A stretch of 64,000 bases of DNA from an uncultured Melioribacter sp. GTDB lineage: Bacteria > Bacteroidota > Ignavibacteria > Kapaibacteriales > Kapaibacteriaceae. Made by a program: the position numbers and the translations under genes. The notes beneath the pieces were generated by a model that was not told where the DNA came from, made no database searches, and was given only the letters and a program-made list of their open reading frames with translations. Positions within the stretch are counted from its first letter, which is position 1, and the number at the start of each line of letters is the position of its first letter. Of the stretch, positions 18,539 to 29,300 are shown one piece after another. The stretch is taken from NCBI GenBank assembly GCA_964432155.1, contig CAYSMF010000001.1:83156-147155 (forward strand), read 5' to 3'.

Positions 18539-19456
18539 ATGGTCACTGTCTCCATCGATCGGTATAGCGGATTTTGTTGGGGAGTTGTGCGTACAGTGCA
18601 GATCGCAGAAGATCAGCTTGCAGCTACGCGCAGCGAACGGAACGTGTATGTGCTTGGTCACATCATTCACAATCCGAAAGAAATCCAGCGACTCGAGGAT
18701 AAGGGGCTAACCACAATCACCGTCGATGATTTTCCACGTCTTGCACACTCTGGTGCAAAGGTGATCATTCGTGCGCATGGCGAGCCCCCTTCAACCTATC
18801 GCGCAGCCTGGGAGCATGGTATCGAGATTGTCGATGCTACATGTCCGGTAGTGACGAAGCTGCAGGAGCGGGTGCGCAAGTTCTGGGATCAGGACTATCA
18901 GATCGTGATCTTTGGAAAGAAGGATCACGCCGAAGTTCTTGGAGTGCGTGGCGTTGTGCGCGACCAGTGCATCGTTGTCAAATCCGTCGATGAAGCACTT
19001 GCGCTCGTTGATGTATCGAAGAAAACAGTGCTGTTCTCGCAGACGACAATGGATCGTCCGACGTTCCTTCAGATACGCGATGCGCTCAAGGGGCGTGTAG
19101 CCGAACTTGTTGTGGACACGATGGAAGAAATCGCCACTGAGTTTCATGCCAAGGATACTATCTGCGGACAGGTGAGTGGCCGCGAGGCGCAGCTGTCGAA
19201 GTTTGCAGCCGACAACGATGTTGTGCTCTTTGTTGCCGGGAAGGCATCATCCAATGGCAAAGTGCTATTCGATGTGGCAAAGGCATCGAACCCACGTACG
19301 TATTTCATGGAGACCACCGATAGCTTGGATCCTGCATGGATTCAAGGTGCTGAGCGCATTGGTATCTCGGGTGCGACAAGCACACCGCAGTGGTACATGG
19401 AAGAAGTCAAGGCATTTGTCGAGCGATTGGCAGCGGAAGATCCTGCCCTCGCGTAA
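18539..19456 (+). CDS. ispH: 4-hydroxy-3-methylbut-2-enyl diphosphate reductase
   Basis: GFCWGV, VYVLGHIIHNP, DATCPVVTK, and FSQTTMD matching the SQSTLS motif. The cmk-ispH linkage is conserved. Confidence 0.9.
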   Translation: MVTVSIDRYSGFCWGVVRTVQIAEDQLAATRSERNVYVLGHIIHNPKEIQRLEDKGLTTITVDDFPRLAHSGAKVIIRAHGEPPSTYRAAWEHGIEIVDATCPVVTKLQERVRKFWDQDYQIVIFGKKDHAEVLGVRGVVRDQCIVVKSVDEALALVDVSKKTVLFSQTTMDRPTFLQIRDALKGRVAELVVDTMEEIATEFHAKDTICGQVSGREAQLSKFAADNDVVLFVAGKASSNGKVLFDVAKASNPRTYFMETTDSLDPAWIQGAERIGISGATSTPQWYMEEVKAFVERLAAEDPALA

Positions 19457-19510
19457 GTTTATTTGCCGTACACCATTCGAGTATGACATTCGTCATAGTT
19501 GACGTCGGTG

Positions 19511-19527
19511 CAAAGGGTGTACCTTTG
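19511..19527 (+). terminator. perfect 6-bp hairpin (CAAAGG-GUGUA-CCUUUG) between ispH and ssrA; possible terminator or processing stem
   Basis: Stem/loop seen directly in the sequence. A weak U-containing tail (TACTGTAATGTTG) follows. Confidence 0.3.
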
Positions 19528-19552
19528 TACTGTAATGTTGATCAGTCGAAAT

Positions 19553-19907
19553 GGGGATGTACCGGTTTCGACGGGGTGAGACAGTCACGAAGATGCGTGT
19601 CGAGCTACGCTGGTGGAGCTCGTTAATACAACCGGCGAACAATACATGCAGATAACTTCGGTTATCGCATGGCCGCCTAAGACTTAGGACGCCATGCCAT
19701 CACGATGAGAGCCGCCTGTTGCTCTCAACCCGTGGTGACGCTCGAAACAGGCTGGCGCGTAGCTGTGTACCAGGGCAAAGCGTAAGAAAACACTGATACT
19801 GGTCGTGTGGGACCTGTCGATCGGTGCCCCAGGCGACGAGAACTTGTAGATCGAAGACACACGTGGCATGCTTCGGATTTTCCACTTCGGACCCGGGTTC
19901 GACTCCC
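19553..19907 (+). ncRNA. ssrA: tmRNA (SsrA); tag peptide (A)DNFGYRMAA
   Basis: 5' end GGGGATGTACCGGTTTCGACGGGG and 3' end CGGACCCGGGTTCGACTCCCGGCATCTCCA form the tRNA-like domain. An internal frame GCA GAT AAC TTC GGT TAT CGC ATG GCC GCC TAA encodes the tag. About 355 nt. Confidence 0.9.
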
Positions 19908-19936
19908 GGCATCTCCACATATATGTTCTCCTGTTC

Positions 19937-20009
<73 letters not shown>

Positions 20010-20095
20010 CGTTGGTAGTGTTAATCGTAGGTGATAGTGTGGTTGTCGGTTAGTTGGTGGTTATTCGGTGTATGTCGTTTAATAGGAGGTGTGTT

Positions 20096-20473
20096 ATGGT
20101 ACTCACGTCTATGCGGGTTCCAGCTGTACATGCAGCGGTCCCAGTCGCCGACGCATCTGCGTTTGTTCGTGATCTGTGGTTAGAGGAGCGGGATCGATGG
20201 CAACGCATTGTGGTGCGCCTCGATCATATTCCATCGGGTCAAGACGAGGTGATCGTCATTGTCCGTGGCTCTGATCATCTTGAGCGGGCCGTTCTCATTG
20301 CGGCAGAAGAATTCATGTGGCGCTCGCCCTATCACGACGAAGCCTGCGAGCGTCACAGCGAAAACGAAGTGGCCCTATACGTGCATGCACACGACGCGTG
20401 GGATGTGCTGATTACGGAGAGCAGAGCATCGACCGGGTGTTCGTGTACGTTGGTGAGCTTACTCACCCCGTGA
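20096..20473 (+). CDS. hypothetical protein (orphan ORF next to the tRNA/tmRNA locus)
   Basis: A 125-aa ORF preceded by a canonical AGGAGGTG Shine-Dalgarno 5 nt upstream of the ATG. No recognisable domain. The ORF-track start at 20054 lies inside a GT-rich spacer. The 3' end overlaps the convergent OmpA-domain ORF by 15 nt. Confidence 0.45.
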   Translation: MVLTSMRVPAVHAAVPVADASAFVRDLWLEERDRWQRIVVRLDHIPSGQDEVIVIVRGSDHLERAVLIAAEEFMWRSPYHDEACERHSENEVALYVHAHDAWDVLITESRASTGCSCTLVSLLTP

Positions 20474-22603
20474 TTGCGTCCTGACGTAAATGTCAACACG
20501 GCGGCTCTGCGGGTGTTCTTCGTTGCGAAGCTTCGAACTGCTCTTTGCAACACCACGTCCGACGGATTCAATCAACGATGTATCGAGGCCAAGCGCTACG
20601 AGCGCGTCTGCTACTGCAGATGCGCGCTGACGAGAGAGCTCGCGGTTTGCTGCATCGGAACCGATGCGGTCGGTGTATCCGATGGCGCGAAGTTCCACAC
20701 CTCGTCCGCGCACCAGGTTGACGATGCGTTGTAACGAGTCGCGATCTGCCTGCGAGGGAATCGAACTTCCACGATCAAAGTACAGCGATGCAAGTGGTTC
20801 CGCTTGGTTGAACAGCGAAATCGTAAGCGATGTGGTTGATGTTGAATCCAGTGTCTGCAATCGAACCACACTCGAGCTTGACGTCATGAATGCAGCCGAC
20901 GCACGCAGCGTTGCTGTGCATCGTTGGGGAAGAACGGTTGTGAACGTGGCGTGCGCAGAATCATAGCGCACCGTCCATGCATGGCATTGGTGTGTCTGCA
21001 CGTCAAGACGTGCATTCGGGACGGGTACCCGGGTAATGGCATCGACGACGCGACACGAGACGGTCATCGTTGGCTCCGGACGCACCGACGCAGGTAGGGA
21101 GACAAGGTAAATACCAGGTCGACCAGATTCGGCATCCCACGAGTGGATGAGTGCTGAGTCGCCGGTGGGGAGGAGTGAAATCGCAGTTTCATCTTCAATC
21201 GAGTTCACGCAAGAACCGAGATTCTGTGGAGCAGACCATGTTGTCCACGTTGAGTCCAAGCGGCGCGTCACATACAAGTCTGCCTTGCCAAACCTGTCTT
21301 CACGTCCACTTGATGCGAAGTAGAGGGTACGCCCATCGGCGCTCAACCACGGTGCTCCATCGAAGGCAGGGGTGTTGACAGTTGGACCCAAGTGCAATGG
21401 TCGGGACCACGCGCCTTCGCAGAAACGCGAGACATAGAGATCGAGTCCTCCACGCCCCTCGGAACGTTCGAGGGCAAGGATGATGGTTGACCGATCCTCG
21501 GTCATCGACGCATAGAAGTTCCGACCGAGGTCGACGACATCCGGAATCCGGATGATGCGCACGCTGTCGAAGCGTGACTGTGGAGTCTTACGTGCGAGGA
21601 GGACGAGCGACCGTGACACGCTGCCTGCTGGTGCATACGGTCCGACCGCCAGCGCATCGAGTCCGTCTGCCGACACCCAGAAGATGACATCTGGTTGAAT
21701 ATCCGTGGTGATCGGCGAGTGAGCGAGTTCCGAAAATGTTTGACCATCACGACGCTGTGCAACCCACACGTCATCGGGATCGCGGACGCCGCCATCCCGA
21801 TTGTCGGGATGCAATTTCCGGTCGACATACAACGTACCGAACGCATCAAGCACAGGCATCGTCGTCGGCTGAAAACTGTTGATTGCATCAGGCAGACGCA
21901 TACGTCCGCATGTATCCTGCTGCGCCACGGCAGGCAGGGAACTGCATGCTAACACGATGAACAAGGCGAGCAGACCTTCGGACTTGAGCCGTTCGACAAT
22001 CTGCTTGACAGTTGACCAAGGATAGGCGCGGTATTGAAGGAACCTGATCAGTTTCGACTCTTTCTCTGATGGAGATGCAGTGCTCAGCATCCGCAGTTTC
22101 TTGACGGCCGCACGGTAGGCTACGTCTTCGGTTGCCTCCTGTGAGTACCAGCGCTCAAGTGCGGGAGCAAGTAGTGCGTCGGGAATACCCTTCTTTAGCA
22201 GTGTTCGACGAGCCATGAGACGCGATAGTGGCTTGCGCTCAAATGCTGCGGCGAGGAATCGCTCAACATACGCCGCATCATCGATCAGGCGAAACTCCAC
22301 AATCCACGACATCACATCGTCGACTTCCTCGGGCGTGAGTTCCTTGGTGGCGAGAAACGCGCGCACCTGATGCTCGGTACGAGGCTTGTACGTGGCAAAG
22401 CGGTACGCTTTCTGACGCATGACGATGCGCTTGTCTTCGCGTCGAAGTTGATGCTCGAGGTCGGCTGTCAACTCGATACCCTTGCGGATACCGAGTGACA
22501 ACGCCACGTCGATTGGACAGGCTGCAAGAAACTCGTCGTCGACAAACACAGAGCACCGTGAGGGGTTCTTCACGTTTCTCCGAACTGCCGTAACGATGCC
22601 CAT
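20459..22603 (-). CDS. recX: single 714-aa ORF: RecX (N-terminal ~210 aa) running in frame into a signal-peptide / TolB-like beta-propeller / OmpA C-terminal domain protein
   Basis: The N-terminal part has RecX three-helix repeats (KESKLIRFLQYRAYPWSTVKQIVERL matches the RecX C-terminus). The frame then continues with no stop codon (checked on the reverse complement around 21960-22020) into LLALFIVLACSSLPAVA|QQ, which looks like a signal peptide. This is followed by PD40/TolB-like repeats and an OmpA_C domain (AIGYTDRIGSDAANRELSRQRA). Sits immediately downstream of recA. Confidence 0.6.
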   Translation of the reverse strand: MGIVTAVRRNVKNPSRCSVFVDDEFLAACPIDVALSLGIRKGIELTADLEHQLRREDKRIVMRQKAYRFATYKPRTEHQVRAFLATKELTPEEVDDVMSWIVEFRLIDDAAYVERFLAAAFERKPLSRLMARRTLLKKGIPDALLAPALERWYSQEATEDVAYRAAVKKLRMLSTASPSEKESKLIRFLQYRAYPWSTVKQIVERLKSEGLLALFIVLACSSLPAVAQQDTCGRMRLPDAINSFQPTTMPVLDAFGTLYVDRKLHPDNRDGGVRDPDDVWVAQRRDGQTFSELAHSPITTDIQPDVIFWVSADGLDALAVGPYAPAGSVSRSLVLLARKTPQSRFDSVRIIRIPDVVDLGRNFYASMTEDRSTIILALERSEGRGGLDLYVSRFCEGAWSRPLHLGPTVNTPAFDGAPWLSADGRTLYFASSGREDRFGKADLYVTRRLDSTWTTWSAPQNLGSCVNSIEDETAISLLPTGDSALIHSWDAESGRPGIYLVSLPASVRPEPTMTVSCRVVDAITRVPVPNARLDVQTHQCHAWTVRYDSAHATFTTVLPQRCTATLRASAAFMTSSSSVVRLQTLDSTSTTSLTISLFNQAEPLASLYFDRGSSIPSQADRDSLQRIVNLVRGRGVELRAIGYTDRIGSDAANRELSRQRASAVADALVALGLDTSLIESVGRGVAKSSSKLRNEEHPQSRRVDIYVRTQSRGE

Positions 22604-22606
22604 TGG

Positions 22607-23683
22607 TTACTTCTTCGATGGTGCCTGCGGTGTTGGCAGATGGAGCGCGTCGCGCACGGCCTGATCCAGTGCTGCATAGAGCGCCGCATTCTCGGTGAGC
22701 AGCTTGCGCATGCCATCGCGACCCTGCACGCGTTCATCGTTGAACGAGAACCATGATCCAGACTTCGTGATGATGCCCGACTCTACGGCGACGTCGATCA
22801 TGTCGCCAAGGCGCGAGATGCCCTCGTTGTACATGATGTCGAACTCTGCTTCGCGGAACGGAGGAGCGACCTTGTTCTTGACAACCTTTGCGCGAACGCG
22901 ATTACCCACGATGTCCTGTCCGTCCTTGATGACGTCCTTGCGACGAACGTCAATACGCACCGAGGCGTAGTACTTGAGTGCATTACCGCCTGTTGTCGTC
23001 TCTGGATTGCCGTACATCACGCCAATCTTCGAGCGCAGTTGGTTTGTGAAGATCACCGTCGTGTTAGAACGTCCGATCGCTGCATTCAGCTTGCGCATTG
23101 CCTGGCTCATCAGGCGGGCTTGTGAACCCATTTGCGCGTCACCCATGTCGCCCTCGATTTCGACGCGTGGCGTCAGTGCCGCAACGGAGTCGACAATGAC
23201 CACGTCAATCGCACCGGAGCGCACGAGTGTCTCGACGATTTCGAGTGCTTGCTCACCGAACTCTGGCTGCGACAAGAGGAGATTGTTAAGGTCGACGCCA
23301 AGACGTTGTGCGTACTTCACGTCGAGCGCATGCTCAGTATCAACAAACGCTGCAAGACCACCGGCCTTCTGCGCTTCTGCAATCACCTGCAAACACACCG
23401 TCGTCTTACCAGAGGATTCTGGACCGTAGATCTCGACGATACGGCCACGGGGAACACCACCGATGCCGATTGCAGCATCAAGCGAGAGACATCCCGTAGA
23501 GATGGCGTCGATCTCGACAGATTGCTCATCGCTCAGGCGCATGATCGAGCCCTTACCGAAGGCTTTCTCGATCTGCTCCATTGCGAGTTGCGCGGCCTTG
23601 ACCTTTGCATCGTTCACTTTTGGGGCTGATGCTGGCGCCGCTTCTTTTGGTGCTTTTGCTTCTTTTGCTTCTTGACTCATCGT
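22607..23683 (-). CDS. recA: recombinase RecA with a Lys/Ala/Glu-rich N-terminal extension
   Basis: GKGSIMRL, Walker [10 protein letters not shown], and conserved L1/L2 regions. Start placed at [21 protein letters not shown]. The ORF extends to 23761 if the upstream ATG is used. Confidence 0.9.
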   Translation of the reverse strand, partial: TMSQEAKEAKAPKEAAPASAPKVNDAKVKAAQLAMEQIEKAFGKGSIMRLSDEQSVEIDAISTGCLSLDAAIGIGGVPRGRIVEIYGPESSGKTTVCLQVIAEAQKAGGLAAFVDTEHALDVKYAQRLGVDLNNLLLSQPEFGEQALEIVETLVRSGAIDVVIVDSVAALTPRVEIEGDMGDAQMGSQARLMSQAMRKLNAAIGRSNTTVIFTNQLRSKIGVMYGNPETTTGGNALKYYASVRIDVRRKDVIKDGQDIVGNRVRAKVVKNKVAPPFREAEFDIMYNEGISRLGDMIDVAVESGIITKSGSWFSFNDERVQGRDGMRKLLTENAALYAALDQAVRDALHLPTPQAPSKK

Positions 23684-23858
23684 CGGTTCCTTGAAGTACG
23701 TTAGGTTTTTCGAGGGATGGAATTGTACAGTCTGTGTGTCGGATTCGACAAAACGTGACAAGTCCGAAAATACCCACCAGGCTGGCCGTGCCGCGGACTG
23801 AAGTTTTCAACACCGACGGTCACGTCACATTCAGCGCTGGGAATGCCCCTTAACAGGC

Positions 23859-25634
23859 ATGCGCCGCCGTCCTCTCGCCCTCCCAGCCTGCGGGATTACC
23901 GCCGGACTGTTGCTTACCCGTTCGATCAGTGTTGAGCCGAATGCCCTCGTCGCTGGGCTCGTGCTGCTCCTCGGTATGGGTATCGTGTCGCTCCGGCTTG
24001 GATACCCGGGATTGAGTTTGGCGCTAGCCTGTCTGGTTATCGCATTGGGGACTGGATCAATGGCCATCCCTCGGGTACCGTTTCCCGACGTGCCCGTGCA
24101 CGTGGAGATGCCTGTCCGAATCCAGGGCGTGGTGATGAAGGTCGTGCGGTCAGCCAACGGGGGAGTCACGTATGTGGTCGAGGGGCATATGGACGGACGT
24201 GATGCTCCATGTGCGATGCTTCGCACGGTCTGCACCGATTGGTCGGGTGCAAACGATGTATGTGCAGGCGAAGAGCGTGTTATCGTTGGACGAATGCGCA
24301 TGCCATCACCACCGGTGTTACCCGACGAGTTTGACGAGCGCGCTCTTGCTGCGCAGTGGAATGTTTCATTCATCGTGCATGCGACGGAATCATATCGCAT
24401 ACAGCACGCACCGTGGTGGAGCTTGCTCCGCCAATCAGTCTATGAGTCGATTGCATCAATCACCATAGCATCGGCTCCACAGGATGTTGCAGGGGTGATT
24501 CGCGCGCTTGTACTTGGAGATCGATCGGGGATATCACGAGACCGCATGGCAGTCTATCAGCGCACAGGCACAGCGCACATGTTTTCGATTAGTGGCTCGC
24601 ATGTGGGACTGTTACTACTGCTGGTGGTGCTCGTGTTCAGCAGGTGGAGTGCGCTTGGTATGGTGATGATCACGAGTATGCTTGTGACAGGATACATTGT
24701 GCTGACGGGGTTTGAAAGTCCAGCCGTTCGTGCTGCATGTATGGGCATCGCCGCAATGGTTGGTCGACTTCGCGAAGATGATGTCGATGGAGGAAATCTG
24801 TTATGTGGCAGCGTCATCATTCTCGCTGTGATTGATCCATGGGGGATTGACTCGGTGTCAACCGTGCTATCAGTATCGGCAGTCGTGGGTTTGATCGTCC
24901 TGGCACCGCGTTGGACAACGGCGATAATGACCATCACAGGTCCACTGCGAAGGCATTGGCACGCTCTCGTACAAGCCACTAGCATCAGTGTTGCAGCCGC
25001 AACAGCGATTACGGTTCCATCGCTCGTCTACTTTCTAACGGTATCGATTACATCGGTCGTGGCAAACCTCGTTGTTGTTCCTCTGCTCAGTATCGTCTTC
25101 GTGCTGTCGCCACTCTTGCTCCTATGCACTGCAGCAGGCATTGCACCGCCGCTTACCTGGAGTGTCACCGTGCTGATTCGACTGGCTGATTTCTTCCTGA
25201 CGCATTGCGATGCAATTGAACGGGGCATGCATCGCGCAGATCTCGTGGTCATCGTCGCCTGTCTCACACTAGCCATGTGGTGGTGGCCTCTCGTAGCTCG
25301 CATGCCGAGTGGTGCTGGACTGCGATGGGGCCTCGTCTGCATCATGCTGATCTGCGTGCGATGTGTGCCCGAGCCACGCGTGCAGAGGGTGTGGCTGTAC
25401 GTGGTGCCACATGGAGCGGTAGTTGGCACCATTCGCGGAGATACCATGTGGATCTGTGCTGTGGGTTCGAGCGCACGCCGTCTCGACACACGTGTGCTTC
25501 GCTGGGTGAGGCTCCGGCGCGAGCATCGAGTTGTTGCCGGACATGGCAGGTGGGGACGAAGGATGGCGGCACGAATCAGCTATGATGTTGTAGGTTCGAA
25601 GCATGAAACTGCAAAGCGCATTTCCCACGACTGA
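23859..25634 (+). CDS. comEC: ComEC/Rec2 family competence protein (no recognisable C-terminal metallo-beta-lactamase domain)
   Basis: DUF4131-like N-terminus. Competence-domain signature QRTGTAHMFSISGSHVGLLL. Multiple TM helices. 591 aa. Confidence 0.75.
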   Translation: MRRRPLALPACGITAGLLLTRSISVEPNALVAGLVLLLGMGIVSLRLGYPGLSLALACLVIALGTGSMAIPRVPFPDVPVHVEMPVRIQGVVMKVVRSANGGVTYVVEGHMDGRDAPCAMLRTVCTDWSGANDVCAGEERVIVGRMRMPSPPVLPDEFDERALAAQWNVSFIVHATESYRIQHAPWWSLLRQSVYESIASITIASAPQDVAGVIRALVLGDRSGISRDRMAVYQRTGTAHMFSISGSHVGLLLLLVVLVFSRWSALGMVMITSMLVTGYIVLTGFESPAVRAACMGIAAMVGRLREDDVDGGNLLCGSVIILAVIDPWGIDSVSTVLSVSAVVGLIVLAPRWTTAIMTITGPLRRHWHALVQATSISVAAATAITVPSLVYFLTVSITSVVANLVVVPLLSIVFVLSPLLLLCTAAGIAPPLTWSVTVLIRLADFFLTHCDAIERGMHRADLVVIVACLTLAMWWWPLVARMPSGAGLRWGLVCIMLICVRCVPEPRVQRVWLYVVPHGAVVGTIRGDTMWICAVGSSARRLDTRVLRWVRLRREHRVVAGHGRWGRRMAARISYDVVGSKHETAKRISHD

Positions 25635-26346
25635 CGTACTGAGCGGTGTCACGCAGGTTGATACGTCGGTGCTGCCGTGGCCCGGCTACACGTTTGGAAA
25701 CACAGCCGCATCTTCACCGAGACACGTCGAGCAATCCTACGATGCACTAGCGTCGGCGCTCGGAATGCATCGCGCGTCGATTCTTACCGTTACACAGGTG
25801 CATGGTGATGCAATCGTCGTCGTTGGATCGGAACGCCCTGAGGTAGGCATCGAGGCAGATGCGTTGGTAACCGACGACCCACAGTGGGTTCTCGGTGTAA
25901 AGCTTGCTGATTGCTGTGGCGTGCTGCTGTACGACCCAATCCATCATGCTGTTGCTGCTGTGCACTCGGGATGGCGTGGAACAGCCCTCCGCGTGGTCAG
26001 TGCGACGGTAGAGCAGATGCAGACCTCGTACGGTACAAGCGCCAATGATCTCCAGGCGTGGCTCTCACCCTGTGCATCTGGTGTAAGGTATGAGGTTGGT
26101 GAAGACGTGTACGCAGTGCTGTCGCCATTCTGTACCCCAGTTGAGGGCAAGCAATCGCGGTGGACGTTCGACAACCACAAAGCGATTACCGATCAGCTCC
26201 TGCATGCAGGGGTCCCGGCTGCGTCAATCATCGTTGACGAAGCGTGCTCGATTGCTGACACACGGTGGCATTCCCATCGTCGAGATGGCCAACAGGCGGG
26301 TCGCATGCTCGCATTTATTGGACTGCGTCCAATGGCTGGAAAGTGA
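25603..26346 (+). CDS. pgeF: peptidoglycan editing factor PgeF (YfiH / DUF152, purine nucleoside phosphorylase-like)
   Basis: LADCCGVLLYD and HSGWRGTA motifs. 247 aa. Overlaps the comEC 3' end by 32 nt. Confidence 0.8.
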   Translation: MKLQSAFPTTDVLSGVTQVDTSVLPWPGYTFGNTAASSPRHVEQSYDALASALGMHRASILTVTQVHGDAIVVVGSERPEVGIEADALVTDDPQWVLGVKLADCCGVLLYDPIHHAVAAVHSGWRGTALRVVSATVEQMQTSYGTSANDLQAWLSPCASGVRYEVGEDVYAVLSPFCTPVEGKQSRWTFDNHKAITDQLLHAGVPAASIIVDEACSIADTRWHSHRRDGQQAGRMLAFIGLRPMAGK

Positions 26347-26392
26347 GTAATTTCGTAGCAATTCTTAGAGTACAATTGGAAGATCCTCGGCC

Positions 26393-29300
26393 ATGATGTC
26401 GATGAACAGTGCCTACGTCGATGAGCTGTATTTCGAATACCTTCGAAATCCAGAATCTGTGTCACCAGAATGGCGCTCGTTTTTTGCGTCGTACACACCT
26501 GATACCGCACCAGCCACCGCTGCTGCCGCTGCACCAGTTGCTACCCGAGCAGTGGCTGCATCAGCTCCAGCGACCGTCTCGGGTTCAAACGGACACACCA
26601 CACGTCTGCCAGCCCTCGGCGAGGGCGATACCCTCGTGCCTCTGTCGTCAATTGGCGGCAAGATTGCCGAGAACATGGAAGCTTCGCTCCGTGTCCCGAC
26701 GGCGACGAGCGTGCGGAACGTGCCCGTCAAAGCACTTGAAGAGAACCGCCGAATTGCCAACATCGTCCTGGCAAAGCAGCGTCGCCCGAAGCTTTCGTTT
26801 ACGCACATCCTTGCATGGGCTATCGTAAAGTCGGCCGAGCGTCATCCAGCGATGAAGTGCTCCTATGGCGTTGAAAACGGTAAGCCAGTTCGTGTTGAGC
26901 GTGCGGGAATCAACCTCGGCCTTGCCGTGGATACAACACGCAAAGACGGAACACGCATCTTGCTGGTGCCAAGCATCAAGCATTGCGAGCGCCTTTCGTT
27001 TGTTGAGTTCGCTCGTGCATACGACGATTTGATCCAACGTGCACGAACAAACAAGCTCACTCCTGAGGACCTCACGGGGGCCAACATCACGCTCACTAAT
27101 CCGGGCGGTATCGGTACCGGTATGTCGGTGCCTCGCTTGATGGATGGACAGGGCACGATCGTCGCTGCTGGCGCGATCGAGTATCCTGCAGAGTTCCAGG
27201 CAATGATGCCAGACGTTCTTGCAACACTGGCCGTATCGAAGGTCGTGACGATTACGTCCACCTACGATCACCGCGTCATTCAGGGTGCAGAGTCGGGCGA
27301 ATTCCTTCAGTACATCCACCAGCTTCTGCTGGGCGATCACCGCTTCTACGATCAACTTTACGCAGCGCTCGATATTCCATTCGAGCCGATGCGTTGGTCT
27401 GTCGAGAAGGGTGTGAATCCATTCTTGCAGCACGACCAACCTGAAGTGATCGATAAAGAAGGTCGTGTGGTGCAGATGATCAACGCATATCGCGTGCGTG
27501 GTCACCTGCTTGCAAGCATCAACCCGCTTGGTCACGAAGCGTATTACTACCCGGAACTCGATCCAGCACATTACAACTTTACGATTTGGGATCTCGATCG
27601 TGAGTTCGATACAGGTGGACTCGGCGGCGTAAAGCGTGCGACGCTTCGTCAGATCATCGATATGCTCCGCGATACGTACTGCGATCACATCGGTATCGAG
27701 TACATGCACGTCCAGGATCCAGCGCAGAAGGATTGGATCCGTGAGCACGTTGAAAAGACACACCTCAAGCTTGACCTCACACCAGAGATTAAGCTCGACA
27801 CGTTCCGCAAGCTTGCTCGTGCTGAGAACCTTGAGAACTTCTTGCACACAAAGTTCCTCGGCGCGAAGCGATTCTCGCTGGAAGGGGGCGAAAGCACGAT
27901 GATCATTCTCGATCAAGTGCTTCAGCAAGCAGCCGCGCAGGGTCTGTCGGGTGCTGTGCTTGGCATGGCGCACCGTGGTCGTATCAATGTGCTTGCGAAT
28001 ATGATGGGTAAGCCCCTTGAGAAGATCTTCAACGAGTTCGAAGGAAAGATCGACCCAGAATCGTTCCAAGGTTCGGGTGACGTGAAGTATCACCTGGGTG
28101 CAAAGGGCACGTATACGGCTGATAACGGCGCATCGATTCACATGGTGCTCGCACCGAACCCAAGTCACCTCGAGGCAGTAAATCCAGTTGTTGAAGGCAT
28201 CGCGCGCGCACTCGATGATCAGTATCGCGACGAGTCATACAGCTCTGTCATGCCGATTCTGATCCACGGCGATGCGGCCTTTGCTGGACAGGGCGTTGTG
28301 CCGGAAACGCTCAATATGGCGCGGTTGTCTGGCTATTCGACTGGTGGTACGGTCCATATCATCATCAACAACCAGATCGGCTTCACAACGTCGCCAGAAG
28401 ATTCGCGTTCAACACTCTACGCGTCGGATATTGCCAAGATGCTGCAGGTGCCAATCCTTCACGTTGATGGATACGATCCTGAGGCGTGCCGCGCTGCTGC
28501 AAGCTTTGCCTTTGCCTACCGTCAGGCGTTTGGCAACGATGTTGTGATCGACATGTATTGCTACCGGAAGTATGGTCACAACGAACAAGACGATCCTACG
28601 GCAACGCAACCATTGCTGTACAAGAAGATCCGCAACCTCGATCCTGTGCGCAAGGTGTACGGACAGCGGTTGCTGATCGAGCGCGTAGCAACCGAAGAGA
28701 CGCTCAAGTCAATCGTTGATCACGAACTCTCGGTGCTTGCAACTGCGTACGATAACCGTGCATCAGCTGTCAGCGCGGCACCTGTTACACCGCAGTTCTC
28801 ATACTTCGCACCTGTTCAAACTGCCGTTTCGCGTGATGAGCTTGCGACAATCGCTCGTGCTGTGACGTCTGTACCGGATGACTTCAACATTCACCCGAAG
28901 GTGAAGGCCGAGGCAGACAAGCGTATGGCATCGTTCGAGCAGGGCCACGTGCAATGGGGCATGGCTGAAGCGCTTGCGTTCGGCTCGTTGCTCCGCGAAG
29001 GTCACTCAGTTCGTATCACAGGTCAAGACAGCGGCCGTGGCACCTTCAACCATCGTCAGGCTGTCCATCGCGATGGCGTGACCGATGCGCGTCACATCCC
29101 ACTGAATCATATCGATGCAATCCAGAAGCTTCATATCCACGACTCACCACTCTCCGAGTATGCAGTGCTTGGTTTTGAGTATGGATACAGCACGGTTGCA
29201 AAGGATGGAATCACGATTTGGGAAGCGCAGTTCGGTGATTTTGCCAACGGTGCACAGATCATGTTCGATCAGTTTGTCTCCAGTGCTGAAGAAAAGTGGG

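Noticed and set aside
23132-23629. 165-aa plus-strand ORF inside recA
   Set aside because: Antisense to recA. No support.
23684-23858. CGTGAC / GTCACG inverted motif pair in the recA-comEC intergenic region as an SOS operator
   Set aside because: The half-sites are about 75 nt apart and match no known LexA consensus. This is probably chance in GC-rich DNA.
26648-28168. 506-aa ORF on the minus strand inside sucA
   Set aside because: It is antisense to a strongly conserved gene and has no recognisable motifs. Long spurious antisense ORFs are expected at about 60% GC.
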